A DNA stretch of 44,139 bases, from positions 14,527 through 58,665 of the forward strand of contig CAVIBA010000001.1 of assembly GCA_963640785.1 (NCBI GenBank). The letters are read 5' to 3'. This DNA comes from Bulleidia sp. (GTDB lineage: Bacteria; Bacillota; Clostridia; Oscillospirales; CAG-272). A model generated the notes under the pieces. It saw only the letters and a list, made by a program, of their open reading frames with translations, searched no databases and was not told the origin of the DNA. The translations under genes were made by a program, and so were the position numbers. Shown in pieces: positions 25,708-34,729 of this stretch. Within the stretch, counting starts at the first letter, position 1, and the number at the start of each line of letters is the position of its first letter.

Positions 25708-26601
25708 ATGATTGACGGCTGCCACCTCTGTCCCCGCAGCTGCGGGGCGGACAGAAAGGGCGGCAAGCGCGGCAAGTGCGGCATGAGCGCCGAAATTGTG
25801 GTCGCGCGGGCGGCTCCGCACATGTGGGAGGAGCCCTGCATCAGCGGGACGCGGGGGGCGGGAGCCGTGTTTTTCTCGGGCTGCCCGCTCGGATGCGTTT
25901 ACTGCCAGAACAGCGTGCTCAGCCGCGACGGCTACGGCGAGGCCGTCAGCGAGGACAGGCTGTGTGAAATAATCCTGCGTCTGCGCGACACCGGTGTGCA
26001 CAACATCGACCTCGTGACGCCGACACACTATTCCGACGCGCTCGTCCGCGTCCTCGGGCGTGTGCGCCCCGAGCTCGGCATACCCGTCATCTATAACTGC
26101 GGCGGCTACGAGAGCGTCGGGACGCTGCGGACGCTGTCCGGGCTTGTCGACATATATCTGCCCGACCTCAAATACGCCTCGTCCGAGCTCGCCGCGCGCT
26201 ACTCGGACGTCGCCGACTACCCCGAGCGCGCGCTCGAGGCCATCGCCGAGATGTACCGGCAGTGCGGCCCTGTCGTCTTCGATGAGGACGGAATGCTGCG
26301 CCGCGGCGTCATCGTGCGTCATCTCGTCCTGCCGGGCTGCCGGTACGACTCGGAGAAGCTGCTCCGCGCGCTCGCCGACACCGTACCCGCCGACGGCATA
26401 CGGCTCAGCCTCATGCGGCAGTTCACGCCGGATTTTGTCGACCGCGCGCGCTACCCCGAGCTCGGGAGACGACTTACGACTTTCGAGTACCAATCCGTCC
26501 TTGGCGTGGCCGACGACCTGGGCTTCGAGGGCTACCGCCAGCAGGCCTGCTCTGCAAGCGCCAGATACACCCCGGATTTTGACCTTACGGGCATAAAATG
26601 A
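25708..26601 (+). CDS. radical SAM protein, PflX-like (COG1313-type putative glycyl-radical-enzyme activase relative)
   Basis: Start at ATG 25708 after GAGGTG. It has an N-terminal CHLCPRSCGADR..GKCG Cys cluster and the radical SAM motif GCPLGCVYCQN. At ~297 aa it has no C-terminal SPASM Cys clusters. Confidence 0.8.
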   Translation: MIDGCHLCPRSCGADRKGGKRGKCGMSAEIVVARAAPHMWEEPCISGTRGAGAVFFSGCPLGCVYCQNSVLSRDGYGEAVSEDRLCEIILRLRDTGVHNIDLVTPTHYSDALVRVLGRVRPELGIPVIYNCGGYESVGTLRTLSGLVDIYLPDLKYASSELAARYSDVADYPERALEAIAEMYRQCGPVVFDEDGMLRRGVIVRHLVLPGCRYDSEKLLRALADTVPADGIRLSLMRQFTPDFVDRARYPELGRRLTTFEYQSVLGVADDLGFEGYRQQACSASARYTPDFDLTGIK

Positions 26602-26672
26602 GCCAAAAGCTATTTACTTTTGGCAGAAAAACGCGTATAATATCAATTAGTATCTAATCAACCGGAGCCATC

Positions 26673-27881
26673 ATGAGACGAAAAAACGAAACACCAATAA
26701 CCGTCAGGCGCGCATGTCAGATAGTATGCGTGCTTTTGGCGTTGGCAACGGTGCTGCTGTTTTTCGCGGGCGAATGCAGGCTTGCGCAGATATTCGAGTG
26801 TCTGAGCGCCGAGGACGAAACGGTGCGTCAGTACTATCTCGAGTCGCTGAAGCTGCTCAGCCGCCACAATCTCGTCTCCAATCTGTGCCACGGCATGGAC
26901 AGTCAGAGCGGCTCGGCGTCGATCTGCCTGCTCATCCGCCGTCCCGACGGCGCGCTCATGCACAACGCCTACCCGCTGATAAACCGGTTCGGCTACACCG
27001 GCGCGTTTCTGCTCACCGGCGACACGCTGCCCGGAACGCCGGGCAACCTCAGCGCGGCGGAATACAGCTTGCTGACCTCGTCGGGCTGGCGCGCCGTGCT
27101 CGGCGGCACGGGCGGCGTTGACATCTCGCGCCCCGACTCTGCCGACGCCTTCCGCGCCTACATCTCCGACGTTGCAAAAAGCCTGACTCTGCGCGGCTTC
27201 GATCCGCCGCAGGTCTACTACCTCGAGCAGCCCGACGCGAGCGAGGAATGCCTGTACGTGCTCGGTGAGCAGGGCGTGCGGGTCGTCATACAGGGATATG
27301 CGGCCGAGAAGCAGTCGGAGCGCTACACCGGCAAGTGGTGGAGCGGCATGTACTTCTGCGGCTCGGTGACGCTTCAGAACAACACCTCGAACGTGCAGGA
27401 ATCCGTCTATTACGCCGGGCTCGGCGGCGGCTCGATGGTCGTCACCACGCGCCGCGTCACCGACGAGGGCGCCGACAACGCGCTCGACTGCTCGTCCGAC
27501 AAGCTGCGCACCTGCCTCGAGTGGTTCCGCGACGACCACAGCACCTACGGCTTCCACATAACCAGCCTTGGCGGACTGTATTCGGAAAAATACCGCGCCT
27601 ACGAGCGCCTGCTTATCGCCACCGCAGGCTACGACACGCCCGAGGCCTACCTCGACGAGCTCGACGTGCAGCTGTTTGAAATCAGCCGCGAAACGGCGGA
27701 GCTCATCGAGCAGCTGTACGAGCCCGTAAACAAGCCCTACACGCCGGGCGAGTTTTTCGGTTTTGTCACAAGTCACTCCCCGCGCGAAATCTTCGCGCTC
27801 ATCACGGGCTACCGCCGCCTCAACCGCGACTACGCCGAAATCCGGCAGGATATGAACCGAATCGCGACGGTCGTCGGGTGA
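26673..27881 (+). CDS. hypothetical membrane-anchored protein (weak polysaccharide-deacetylase-like impression only)
   Basis: 402 aa with one N-terminal TM (ACQIVCVLLALATVLLFFAG) and a GGAG RBS. Codon bias is coding-like, whereas the antisense ORF 26658..27776 is Arg/Ala junk. I recognised no catalytic motif. Confidence 0.55.
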   Translation: MRRKNETPITVRRACQIVCVLLALATVLLFFAGECRLAQIFECLSAEDETVRQYYLESLKLLSRHNLVSNLCHGMDSQSGSASICLLIRRPDGALMHNAYPLINRFGYTGAFLLTGDTLPGTPGNLSAAEYSLLTSSGWRAVLGGTGGVDISRPDSADAFRAYISDVAKSLTLRGFDPPQVYYLEQPDASEECLYVLGEQGVRVVIQGYAAEKQSERYTGKWWSGMYFCGSVTLQNNTSNVQESVYYAGLGGGSMVVTTRRVTDEGADNALDCSSDKLRTCLEWFRDDHSTYGFHITSLGGLYSEKYRAYERLLIATAGYDTPEAYLDELDVQLFEISRETAELIEQLYEPVNKPYTPGEFFGFVTSHSPREIFALITGYRRLNRDYAEIRQDMNRIATVVG

Positions 27882-28227
27882 ATTTCAAGGCCTCCCGGCG
27901 GCAGAAAACAAGTGTAAACCAACGGAGCGGAAAAAGCCCAGTGTACACCAAGATTGCAAAAGCTCTGCCGCACGCCGCTGACAGGCGGGACGTCGCATAA
28001 CGCCTTCCGTCAGCACGTCTCGCACGGGAACATCACTGAAACGGCGCGCCCGCTCGGTGCATCGACGAGCACAAGCGCGACGATGGCATCGGACTCACGC
28101 ACACCAAGCTAAACGAGAAGCAGCTGTCCGACGGCCGGACTGTCCTTGCACTGTTCAAGCTCGGCAAGGCAGGCGCCGTCATTCCTCGCCCGCCGCACAC
28201 GGTGAGATTGATAAAATTGGGGTGCCT

Positions 28228-28350
28228 TAAACTGAATTTTGCGGTTTTCGCCGGTAAATCCGGTGAAAACCGCTTTTTATTTATTAAGAAAAGTTCTTTG
28301 GTCTTGGCAAACGCGCCGGGCGGGGTGAGGGAGGCGTATTGCATAGGCCC
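28228..28350. repeat. Family-2 palindromic intergenic element, copy 3
   Basis: aactgaattttgcggttttcgccggtaaatccggtgaaaaccgctttttat..ttggtcttggcaaacgc..gtgagggaggcgtattgcataggcc aligns with 30258-30340, with compensatory changes in the hairpin. Confidence 0.65.
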
Positions 28351-28385
28351 CTCAAAAAATCCTCCGCCCCCTCGACAGCGTTTTC

Positions 28386-28414
28386 TTGTTTTCGACACGA
28401 TGAAATGATATAAT
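28386..28414 (+). promoter_or_regulatory. Candidate promoter for the 28464-30224 cassette
   Basis: TTGTTT (28386-28391), 17 nt spacer ending in TGA, TATAAT (28409-28414), within an AT-rich stretch. Confidence 0.4.
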
Positions 28415-28463
28415 TATTGTGTATTTGGAATAAAATAGCATTGTTGCAAGCATTGAAAGGGGG

Positions 28464-28970
28464 ATGAGCATGATTTGTATTTTGTCCGGCGGGCAGGTAA
28501 GAGCGCTGCGCCGGGAGTTGGAGACGGACTGGGAGGTGAGAGTTCTGTCCCCTATGTGGGGTACGACGCTGCCGTCAGGCGTCGGGCTTGTCGTCGTGAC
28601 CGACAGCGCGGTCGGGGGCAGCTTCGGCGCGGCGGACGCCTGCCGGAGGCTGCTGCTCAGCGCAACCTGCCGCGGATTGCCGATAGTTTGTGTACTTACG
28701 CCGGGCGCGGGGCGCGACGAATGTCAGGACGTTCCCGGAATTATCAGCTTCGCGCAGGGGCTGGTCTGCCGCAAAAGCGAGGCTGTCCGGCTTCTGGACG
28801 CGCCGTGGGACGGCACCGACATGACGCTGCGCCGTCGTTACGGGCTGGAATACGTCCGCATACTGCCGCCGTCAGCGCCGACGGCAAATGTCTGGCGACA
28901 GGTGACGGTCGTCTGCCGCAGACTGATGGGGGAAGAGGACAGACACGCCAAAACCTGCGGAGGTGTCTGA
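28464..28970 (+). CDS. hypothetical protein
   Basis: 168 aa. ATG 28470 (MICILSGG..) has better spacing from the GGGGG RBS. I recognised no motif. The overlapping +2 ORF 28475..29050 is Arg/Gly junk. Confidence 0.45.
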   Translation: MSMICILSGGQVRALRRELETDWEVRVLSPMWGTTLPSGVGLVVVTDSAVGGSFGAADACRRLLLSATCRGLPIVCVLTPGAGRDECQDVPGIISFAQGLVCRKSEAVRLLDAPWDGTDMTLRRRYGLEYVRILPPSAPTANVWRQVTVVCRRLMGEEDRHAKTCGGV

Positions 28971-29042
28971 CTCCGGCTCAAGGCATCGCCGCGAGGCACG
29001 CGAATGGTGCGGTAATGCCTCAAATGAAAGGAGACTCAGCAA

Positions 29043-30224
29043 ATGGATAACAACGAAATAATAAAACAACAGTGCCTGGCGGCAAAACGGCGGGCGATGG
29101 CGGCGGGCTGTATGCCGTCGCGCGTGCGGGACGACGTTATACGCCGCGTCGGCGAGCGGCTCGCGTCGGACTGCGCCGCGTTGCTCGAGGCCAACAGTCG
29201 CGATATCGAACGGGCGCAGGGGCAGCTTCCGCAGGCGCTTCTTGAGCGCCTGCGGCTTGACGAGGGGCGCATATCGGGGCTTCGGGAGCGGCTGATGTCG
29301 CTCGCGGCGAGCCCCGACCCGCTGTGGCGGGGGCAGTGTCAGCGTGTGGGCGTTGGCAGCGACGACGTAGTGAGCCTCGCCGCGCCGGTCGGTGCGGTGG
29401 GGTTTGTCTGCCGCGCCTGCCCGGAGCTGGTCGTGACGGCGGTCGCGCTGTGCATCAAGACGGGAAACGCTGCGGTCATCCTGTCGGACATCTCGGGCGG
29501 CGAGACGGACGCGGCGCTGTGCGACTGCATCCGTTCGGCGCTGGGCGGGAGCGCCTATCCGCCGGAAGCGTTTGTTTTTGTCGAAGGCGCGCAGTCCGGG
29601 ACAATCGAGGACGCGGCGCGCGGGGAGCTCGGCATAGACCTGCTTGTCCACCGCGGCCGGCGCGATGAGTTCCGGCGACTGAGGGGCGGTGCGCGTCTGC
29701 CGATCATTTCGCCGGGGCAGGGGATAAGTCACATTTACGTTGACGGCGATTGCGACATCGACGCGGCGGTGGCGATGACGGTCAGGTCGATATACCCGCG
29801 CGACCCGGAGGCGGGGGCGTCGGTGGTGCTTTTGGTGCATAACCGTGTGGCGGCGGCCTATCTCACGGCGCTCGAGCAGAGCGCGCTGCCCTATCGTCCC
29901 GAGTACCGGGCGTGTCCGGTCGCGCGCGAGCATCTGACGGACGCAGTTCCCGCAGTGCGCGACGACTGGTCGTCGGACGGCCTATGGGAGGGCAACATCA
30001 TCGCGATACGTGCCGTCGCCACAGCCGACGAGGCCATCGAGCACATAAACACCTACGGCACGGCATCGGCGCAGGCGATCATCAGCGGGCGGCTGGGTGT
30101 CATCCGGCGTTTTTGCCGCGAGGTTGCCGCCGCCGAACTATGCGTCAACACGCCCCTCCCGCGCCGTGACGTCCCACGGGCGGAGTGGTTTGTGAGGAAG
30201 AGGAAAGTGTATGTGGGTGGATAG
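29043..30224 (+). CDS. gamma-glutamyl phosphate reductase (ProA)-like protein, degenerate: catalytic Cys motif absent
   Basis: 393 aa, colinear with ProA (ALCIKTGNAAVIL vs SLCLKTGNAVILRGG; LPIISPGQGISHIYVDG vs IPVITGGIGVCHIYVDE). The PSTCNTVETLLV motif is PEAGASVVLLVH here, with Ala at 29811-29813. The C-terminal NASTRFTDGG region is lost. Confidence 0.7.
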   Translation: MDNNEIIKQQCLAAKRRAMAAGCMPSRVRDDVIRRVGERLASDCAALLEANSRDIERAQGQLPQALLERLRLDEGRISGLRERLMSLAASPDPLWRGQCQRVGVGSDDVVSLAAPVGAVGFVCRACPELVVTAVALCIKTGNAAVILSDISGGETDAALCDCIRSALGGSAYPPEAFVFVEGAQSGTIEDAARGELGIDLLVHRGRRDEFRRLRGGARLPIISPGQGISHIYVDGDCDIDAAVAMTVRSIYPRDPEAGASVVLLVHNRVAAAYLTALEQSALPYRPEYRACPVAREHLTDAVPAVRDDWSSDGLWEGNIIAIRAVATADEAIEHINTYGTASAQAIISGRLGVIRRFCREVAAAELCVNTPLPRRDVPRAEWFVRKRKVYVGG

Positions 30225-30405
30225 GTAGGCGTATTGGCATATGCCCATATGCGATTTTAATTGAATTTTGAGGTTGCGGTTCTCGCAGATGTAGTCTGCG
30301 GGGATCGCTTTTTATAAATAGGTATTTGGCCTTGGCAAGCACTCCTTCATAAAAAGCGGCTCCCGCAGGGCACCCCTGCGAGAACCGCAAAAAGCATTTT
30401 AACCT
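30225..30405. repeat. Family-2 palindromic intergenic element, copy 4 (module A plus an inverted pair of module B)
   Basis: gtaggcgtattggcatatgcc is followed by ttgcggttctcgcagatgtagtctgcggg (30274-30303). That segment pairs with cccgcagggcacccctgcgagaaccgcaa (30362-30390). An inner pair is gctttttat/ataaaaagc. The element fills the whole gap between two convergent stops. Confidence 0.75.
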
Positions 30406-30407
30406 TA

Positions 30408-31328
30408 TCACTTCCGCACACTGTGCTCAATCGTCGTACAAATAATGTAATACAACGGAATCGTCAAAAAAAGTATCCACCACGGATGCCACATGCCGCG
30501 CCACATACCGAGCAGCAGGTAGACTCCCGCCACGAGAACGGGGTAGGAAAAACGGCTCGCCTTGCGGCGGCGCACCGCCGAAACGAAGGACGGTATAATC
30601 GGTATCAGGAAAAACACCAGCCAGCCGATCCGCCAGCCCCACGGGAACACAAATCCCATGACAAGATACGCAATTACCGTCAGCAGCGGCACGCTGGCGT
30701 TCAGCCAGTTGAACGCTTCGTTCGCCATGCGGCGCTCGCGGCCGTTGAGGTATACACGCCCGCCGCGCACGTCCACATTGTCGCCGTTTTTGACGTTGCA
30801 GACGTACTCGTCGTCCACGTACAGCTTGCCGTCCTTGATATTGACGTTCGCGTTCTCGCCGTCCGACTCCCCGACTTTTATCCCGTCAATTCCGACGTGA
30901 ACATGGGTTCCTTTTGTGTCGTCGACATGGACGCCGCGCCAGCCGATGTGCACGTGGTTGCCCTCATTGTCGTCGATATGTATGCCACCGGGGCCGATGT
31001 TGACGTGATCGCCCATGCCTTCGCTGTCGTCGTTGCAGCTGTCGTCGCGGTCACGGCCTTCGGACGCATCCGCGCCGGAATCCGTATCCGCGCCATTATC
31101 GTCCGCCTTTCCGCCGACCGACGCGTCCTTGCCGTTTACCAGCTCGTCAATTGTGACGCCGTAAAGCGCGGCGAGCGCTATGAGATTGTCGGTATCCAGA
31201 GAGGCCTCCGCCCGCTCCCACTTGGACACAGCCTGGCGGCTGACGCCCAGCTTCTCTGCCAGCTCCTCCTGCGAGTAGCCGTTAGCACGGCGGTACTCGA
31301 GAAGCCTGTTTGCTATTCTGATATTCAT
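30408..31328 (-). CDS. XRE-family helix-turn-helix regulator with His-rich repeat region and C-terminal membrane domain
   Basis: Start at ATG 31328 (MNIRIANRLLEYRRANGYSQEELAEKLGVSRQAVSKWE, classic HTH_3). It continues with an Asp-rich linker, three GxHVxIG..G[IV]H[IV]DD repeats and about 3 TM helices at the C-terminus. Confidence 0.8.
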   Translation of the reverse strand: MNIRIANRLLEYRRANGYSQEELAEKLGVSRQAVSKWERAEASLDTDNLIALAALYGVTIDELVNGKDASVGGKADDNGADTDSGADASEGRDRDDSCNDDSEGMGDHVNIGPGGIHIDDNEGNHVHIGWRGVHVDDTKGTHVHVGIDGIKVGESDGENANVNIKDGKLYVDDEYVCNVKNGDNVDVRGGRVYLNGRERRMANEAFNWLNASVPLLTVIAYLVMGFVFPWGWRIGWLVFFLIPIIPSFVSAVRRRKASRFSYPVLVAGVYLLLGMWRGMWHPWWILFLTIPLYYIICTTIEHSVRK

Positions 31329-31462
31329 ATGACTGCTCCTTGAAATTTTTCCGCAGGACTTCCCGCGTGTCACAGACTCATACTATCAAATTTCACGGTT
31401 GCTTACAACCTATTCTGCATTGCAAATTCCGCAACTATTGGTTGCGGAGACGCTAAAAGCTC

Positions 31463-32266
31463 TCATTTCACCCCTGCGCCGGGCTTTTTCGCGACAAAAT
31501 ACCACCGCTCGTCATTCTTTTTGGGGGCGGAGAAGTCGTATCCGCCGAAAACGCCGACCACCTCAAGCCCGGCGTCGCGCAGCGCCGCACCAAGCTCATC
31601 GACGCCGTAATAACGCTCGACCTGATGCTCGTCAAAGCGCGAGTACCGCCCGTCCTTATCCCGGCTGAAGACGCTGAGATAAAAATCGCAGACGCGGCGG
31701 CGCGGGTGGTAATAATTCTGCCAGCCGCAATAGACGCCCTCGTCCTCGAGCACGTAGGCGTTGTCGGCAAAAATGTGCCGGAAGCGGTACTCCGAGCTGA
31801 CGTCAAAGACAAACAGCCCGCCCGGCTCCAGATAATTTTCCACACATGCGAAACACCCGGAGAGGTCGCCCTCTCCGGTGAGATAGTTTATACTGTCGAG
31901 GCAGCACACCACGCCGCCGACGCTTCCGTAAAGCTCGAAGGCACGCATGTCCTGCATAAGATACAGCGGATTTGTAAAGCTCAGCCGTCTTGTCGAGGCC
32001 TCGGCGAGCATCTCGGCGCTGCCGTCGACGCCTATCATGTCGTAGCCGCGGCGCGCGAGCTCGAGCGTCATGCGCCCGGTTCCGCAGGCGAGGTCAAGCA
32101 TTATCGAGGGCGTAAGCTCGGCGTACCGCCCGAAGCACTCGACGATGAAATCCGCCCACGCCGCATAGTCAAGCTCGGCGTTGAGGCGGTCGTAGACCGT
32201 CGCGAGCTGCCCGTATGCGCCGCTGCCGGAGGTCTGATTTTCCGAACTCTCGCGTGCCACGGTCAT
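31463..32266 (-). CDS. class I SAM-dependent methyltransferase
   Basis: 267 aa with SAM motif I MLDLACGTGRMTLELARRG..IGVDGSAEML. Its ATG overlaps the upstream stop (ATGA). Confidence 0.85.
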   Translation of the reverse strand: MTVARESSENQTSGSGAYGQLATVYDRLNAELDYAAWADFIVECFGRYAELTPSIMLDLACGTGRMTLELARRGYDMIGVDGSAEMLAEASTRRLSFTNPLYLMQDMRAFELYGSVGGVVCCLDSINYLTGEGDLSGCFACVENYLEPGGLFVFDVSSEYRFRHIFADNAYVLEDEGVYCGWQNYYHPRRRVCDFYLSVFSRDKDGRYSRFDEHQVERYYGVDELGAALRDAGLEVVGVFGGYDFSAPKKNDERWYFVAKKPGAGVK

Positions 32267-32574
32267 TCAGCCCCGCCGTTGCGGCGGCGGCGCTCCATGC
32301 GCTCGATGACCGTGATGTAACCGTCGCTTCCGTACTTCATGCAGCGGTTGACGCGGCTGATGGTCGCGGTGCTGAGTCCGGTTTTCTCGGCGATCTCGGT
32401 GTATATGTAGTTTTCACGCAGCATTTTAGCGGCATGCATACGCTTTGCCATCTCCTGAAGCTCGGACATCGTGCACAGATCCTCAAAGAAATTGTAGCAC
32501 TCCTCGAGCGTGTCAAGTGTCATAATGCTGCGGAACAGATAGTCTATCTGCTCGTCCTTGAATTTACTTTTCAT
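32263..32574 (-). CDS. YerC/YecD-family TrpR-like protein
   Basis: 103 aa. The motifs LEECYNFFEDLCT..EL..MAKR and IAEKTGLSTATISRVNRCLKYG-like are characteristic of YerC/YecD. Confidence 0.82.
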   Translation of the reverse strand: MKSKFKDEQIDYLFRSIMTLDTLEECYNFFEDLCTMSELQEMAKRMHAAKMLRENYIYTEIAEKTGLSTATISRVNRCMKYGSDGYITVIERMERRRRNGGAE

Positions 32575-32719
32575 TGGCCCTCCACCTCATATGTTAGTAT
32601 GGTAGCATGATAATATTATAATACTTTCTTTCATCAAAGTAAAGAGCTTTGAGAAAATTTACATTATTTATTTTCACGCGGTGGACGGAGTTGTATAAAA
32701 TGACTGCGAGGACAATTGC

Positions 32720-34132
32720 TTACAACCCCAGCATGGGGAAAATACGGCAGATGTCTCCTGCCCCCATGATGACGAGCATATCGCCGGAGCGGACGCTTTC
32801 CTTGAGATATTTTGCGATGTGCTCCATGTCGCCGACGTACTGCGCGCGCTCGCCGATAGCCTCGGCCAGCTTCTCGGCGCTGACGCCGTGGTCGTCACCC
32901 TCGCGCGCGGCGTAAATGTCGGCGACGATGATCCGGTCGGCCGCCTCAAACGACGCGGCAAACTCGTCGAACAGCGCCGCGGTGCGGTCGTAGGTGTGCG
33001 ACTGAAATACGCAGATCAGCTCGCCGCGCTCGCCCTCACCCTCCGACATCAGCTGACCAAAGCCGTCAAGCGCCGCGCGTATCTCGGTGGGATGGTGGGC
33101 GTAGTCGTCGTAGACGCGCGCGCCATTGAGCATTCCCTTGAACTCCATGCGCCGGTTTGCGCCGCGGAAGCCCGCGAGGCTGCGCACGATGACGTCCGGC
33201 GCGATGCCGCAGATGTCGGCGACGGCGATAGCCGCGAGCGCGTTCGAAATGTTGTGCATACCCGCGACGCCCAGCCGCACGCGGCAGAGAAACTCACCGT
33301 GCTTCAGCACGTCGAAGGCGTACATACCGCCCTCAGCTGCGATGTTGGCCGCCACGAAGTCGGCGCTGCGGCTATGCAGGCTGAACGTCACCGTCGGGCG
33401 ACCGGCGGCCTCCGTCACCTCGCGGACGTTCTCGTCGTCCGCGTTTGCGACGACGCACTCGCAGCCCGGTCTGCGCGCGTACTCGCAGAACGACTGCTTT
33501 ATCTGCTCGATGCCCGAGAAGTAGTCGAGGTGGTCGGGCTCGATGTTCAGTATGACGGCCACGGTCGGGTTGAAGTCGAGGAAGGAATCCTTATACTCGC
33601 AGGCCTCGAACACGAAAAAGTCGTGCCCGCCGACGCGGTAAGCGCCGCCCATTTTGTTGTACTCGGCGCCCGACAGCACCGTCGGGTCGCAGCCCGCGTC
33701 CATGAGCAGCGCGGCGCACATTGACGTGGTCGTCGACTTGCCGTGCATGCCCGAAATGCCGATGCGGCGCGTGTAGGACATCATGAGGTAGCCCATATAG
33801 TCGGCGCGCGAGATGCAGGGCAGACCCGCGGTGCGCGCGGCGGCGTACTCGGGATTGTCCTGCGAGATAGCGACCGTATAGACCACGACGTCACAACCCT
33901 CTATGTTCTCGGCGCGGTGCTCGTAGGTTATTTTTATGCCCTCGCGTTCGAGTCGGCCGCACAGCGCGCTGCGCGTACGGTCGGAGCCGGCGGTATAAAA
34001 CCCCGTCGCGTGCGTCAGGTGCGCAAGCGACGACATATTGATGCCGCCGATACCTATAAAGAATACTCCCCGGTAGGATGACATTATCCCGCGGATGGCT
34101 TCGGGGCCGTAGTGTGTATTTTCTGTCAGCAT
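32720..34132 (-). CDS. murC: UDP-N-acetylmuramate--L-alanine ligase
   Basis: 470 aa with FFIGIGGINMSSLA, GISGMHGKSTTTSM (P-loop) and HHPTEI motifs. The true start could be the internal ATG at 34084. Confidence 0.93.
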   Translation of the reverse strand: MLTENTHYGPEAIRGIMSSYRGVFFIGIGGINMSSLAHLTHATGFYTAGSDRTRSALCGRLEREGIKITYEHRAENIEGCDVVVYTVAISQDNPEYAAARTAGLPCISRADYMGYLMMSYTRRIGISGMHGKSTTTSMCAALLMDAGCDPTVLSGAEYNKMGGAYRVGGHDFFVFEACEYKDSFLDFNPTVAVILNIEPDHLDYFSGIEQIKQSFCEYARRPGCECVVANADDENVREVTEAAGRPTVTFSLHSRSADFVAANIAAEGGMYAFDVLKHGEFLCRVRLGVAGMHNISNALAAIAVADICGIAPDVIVRSLAGFRGANRRMEFKGMLNGARVYDDYAHHPTEIRAALDGFGQLMSEGEGERGELICVFQSHTYDRTAALFDEFAASFEAADRIIVADIYAAREGDDHGVSAEKLAEAIGERAQYVGDMEHIAKYLKESVRSGDMLVIMGAGDICRIFPMLGL

Positions 34133-34355
34133 AAAAAAATGGTTCCTTTCAGGAAATTTGCCCGTGCAAACGCGATTTGTGAAGTTTCACGCGCGTTTTT
34201 TCACATAAAAATTTCAATGCCGTTGAATAACCGTCACATTGTTATTCTATACTAATACTCGAAGATTGGTTATTTATACCTGACGGTAATATGGAACCGT
34301 CATTCAGAGAAATTAAAAAATTAAAAGCCGGAAAACCGACAGGAGGTAAATGCAA

Positions 34356-34670
34356 ATGCAGATCACAGACATTAAGGTAAGAAAGTTATTCGACGAAGGC
34401 CCCATGAAGGCTATCGTCTCAGTGACCTTTGACGGTCAGCTGGCGGTTCATGACATCAAGGTCATCTACGCGCGGGAGAAGTATTTTATCGTTATGCCCA
34501 GCCGCAAGAACCCCGATGACACCTACCGCGATATCGTTCACCCCATCAACGCCCAGTTCAGAGGTATTCTTGAGTCCGCCGTCATCGGCGCTTACGAGAC
34601 CGAGCTGGCCGCTGCCAAACAGGCTGCAGAAGCCGCCGAGGCAGAGCCCGCAACCATTGAAGTTCAGTAA
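34356..34670 (+). CDS. spoVG: septation/sporulation regulator SpoVG
   Basis: MQITDIKVRKL...AIVSVTFDGQLAVHDIKVI...FIVMPSRK..D.YRDIVHPIN matches SpoVG throughout. ATG 34356 lies 9 nt after AGGAGG, while ATG 34350 is too close to it. Confidence 0.9.
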   Translation: MQITDIKVRKLFDEGPMKAIVSVTFDGQLAVHDIKVIYAREKYFIVMPSRKNPDDTYRDIVHPINAQFRGILESAVIGAYETELAAAKQAAEAAEAEPATIEVQ

Positions 34671-34691
34671 TTCGGAACCTCAAACACCCCC

Positions 34692-34719
34692 AAAGCCGCC
34701 CTCCGGGCGGCTTTTTTCG
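34692..34719 (+). terminator. rho-independent terminator of spoVG
   Basis: aaagccgccc-tccg-gggcggcttt followed by tttt. Confidence 0.8.
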
Positions 34720-34729
34720 TGGAGGCGCG

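Noticed and set aside
25708-26601. Radical SAM gene as the anaerobic sulfatase-maturating enzyme for the nearby sulfatase
   Set aside because: It is too short (~297 aa) and lacks the C-terminal SPASM Cys clusters. The N-terminal CxxCxxxC..C cluster plus GCPLGCVYCQN fits the PflX/COG1313 type. It is also separated from the sulfatase by the convergent cinA gene.
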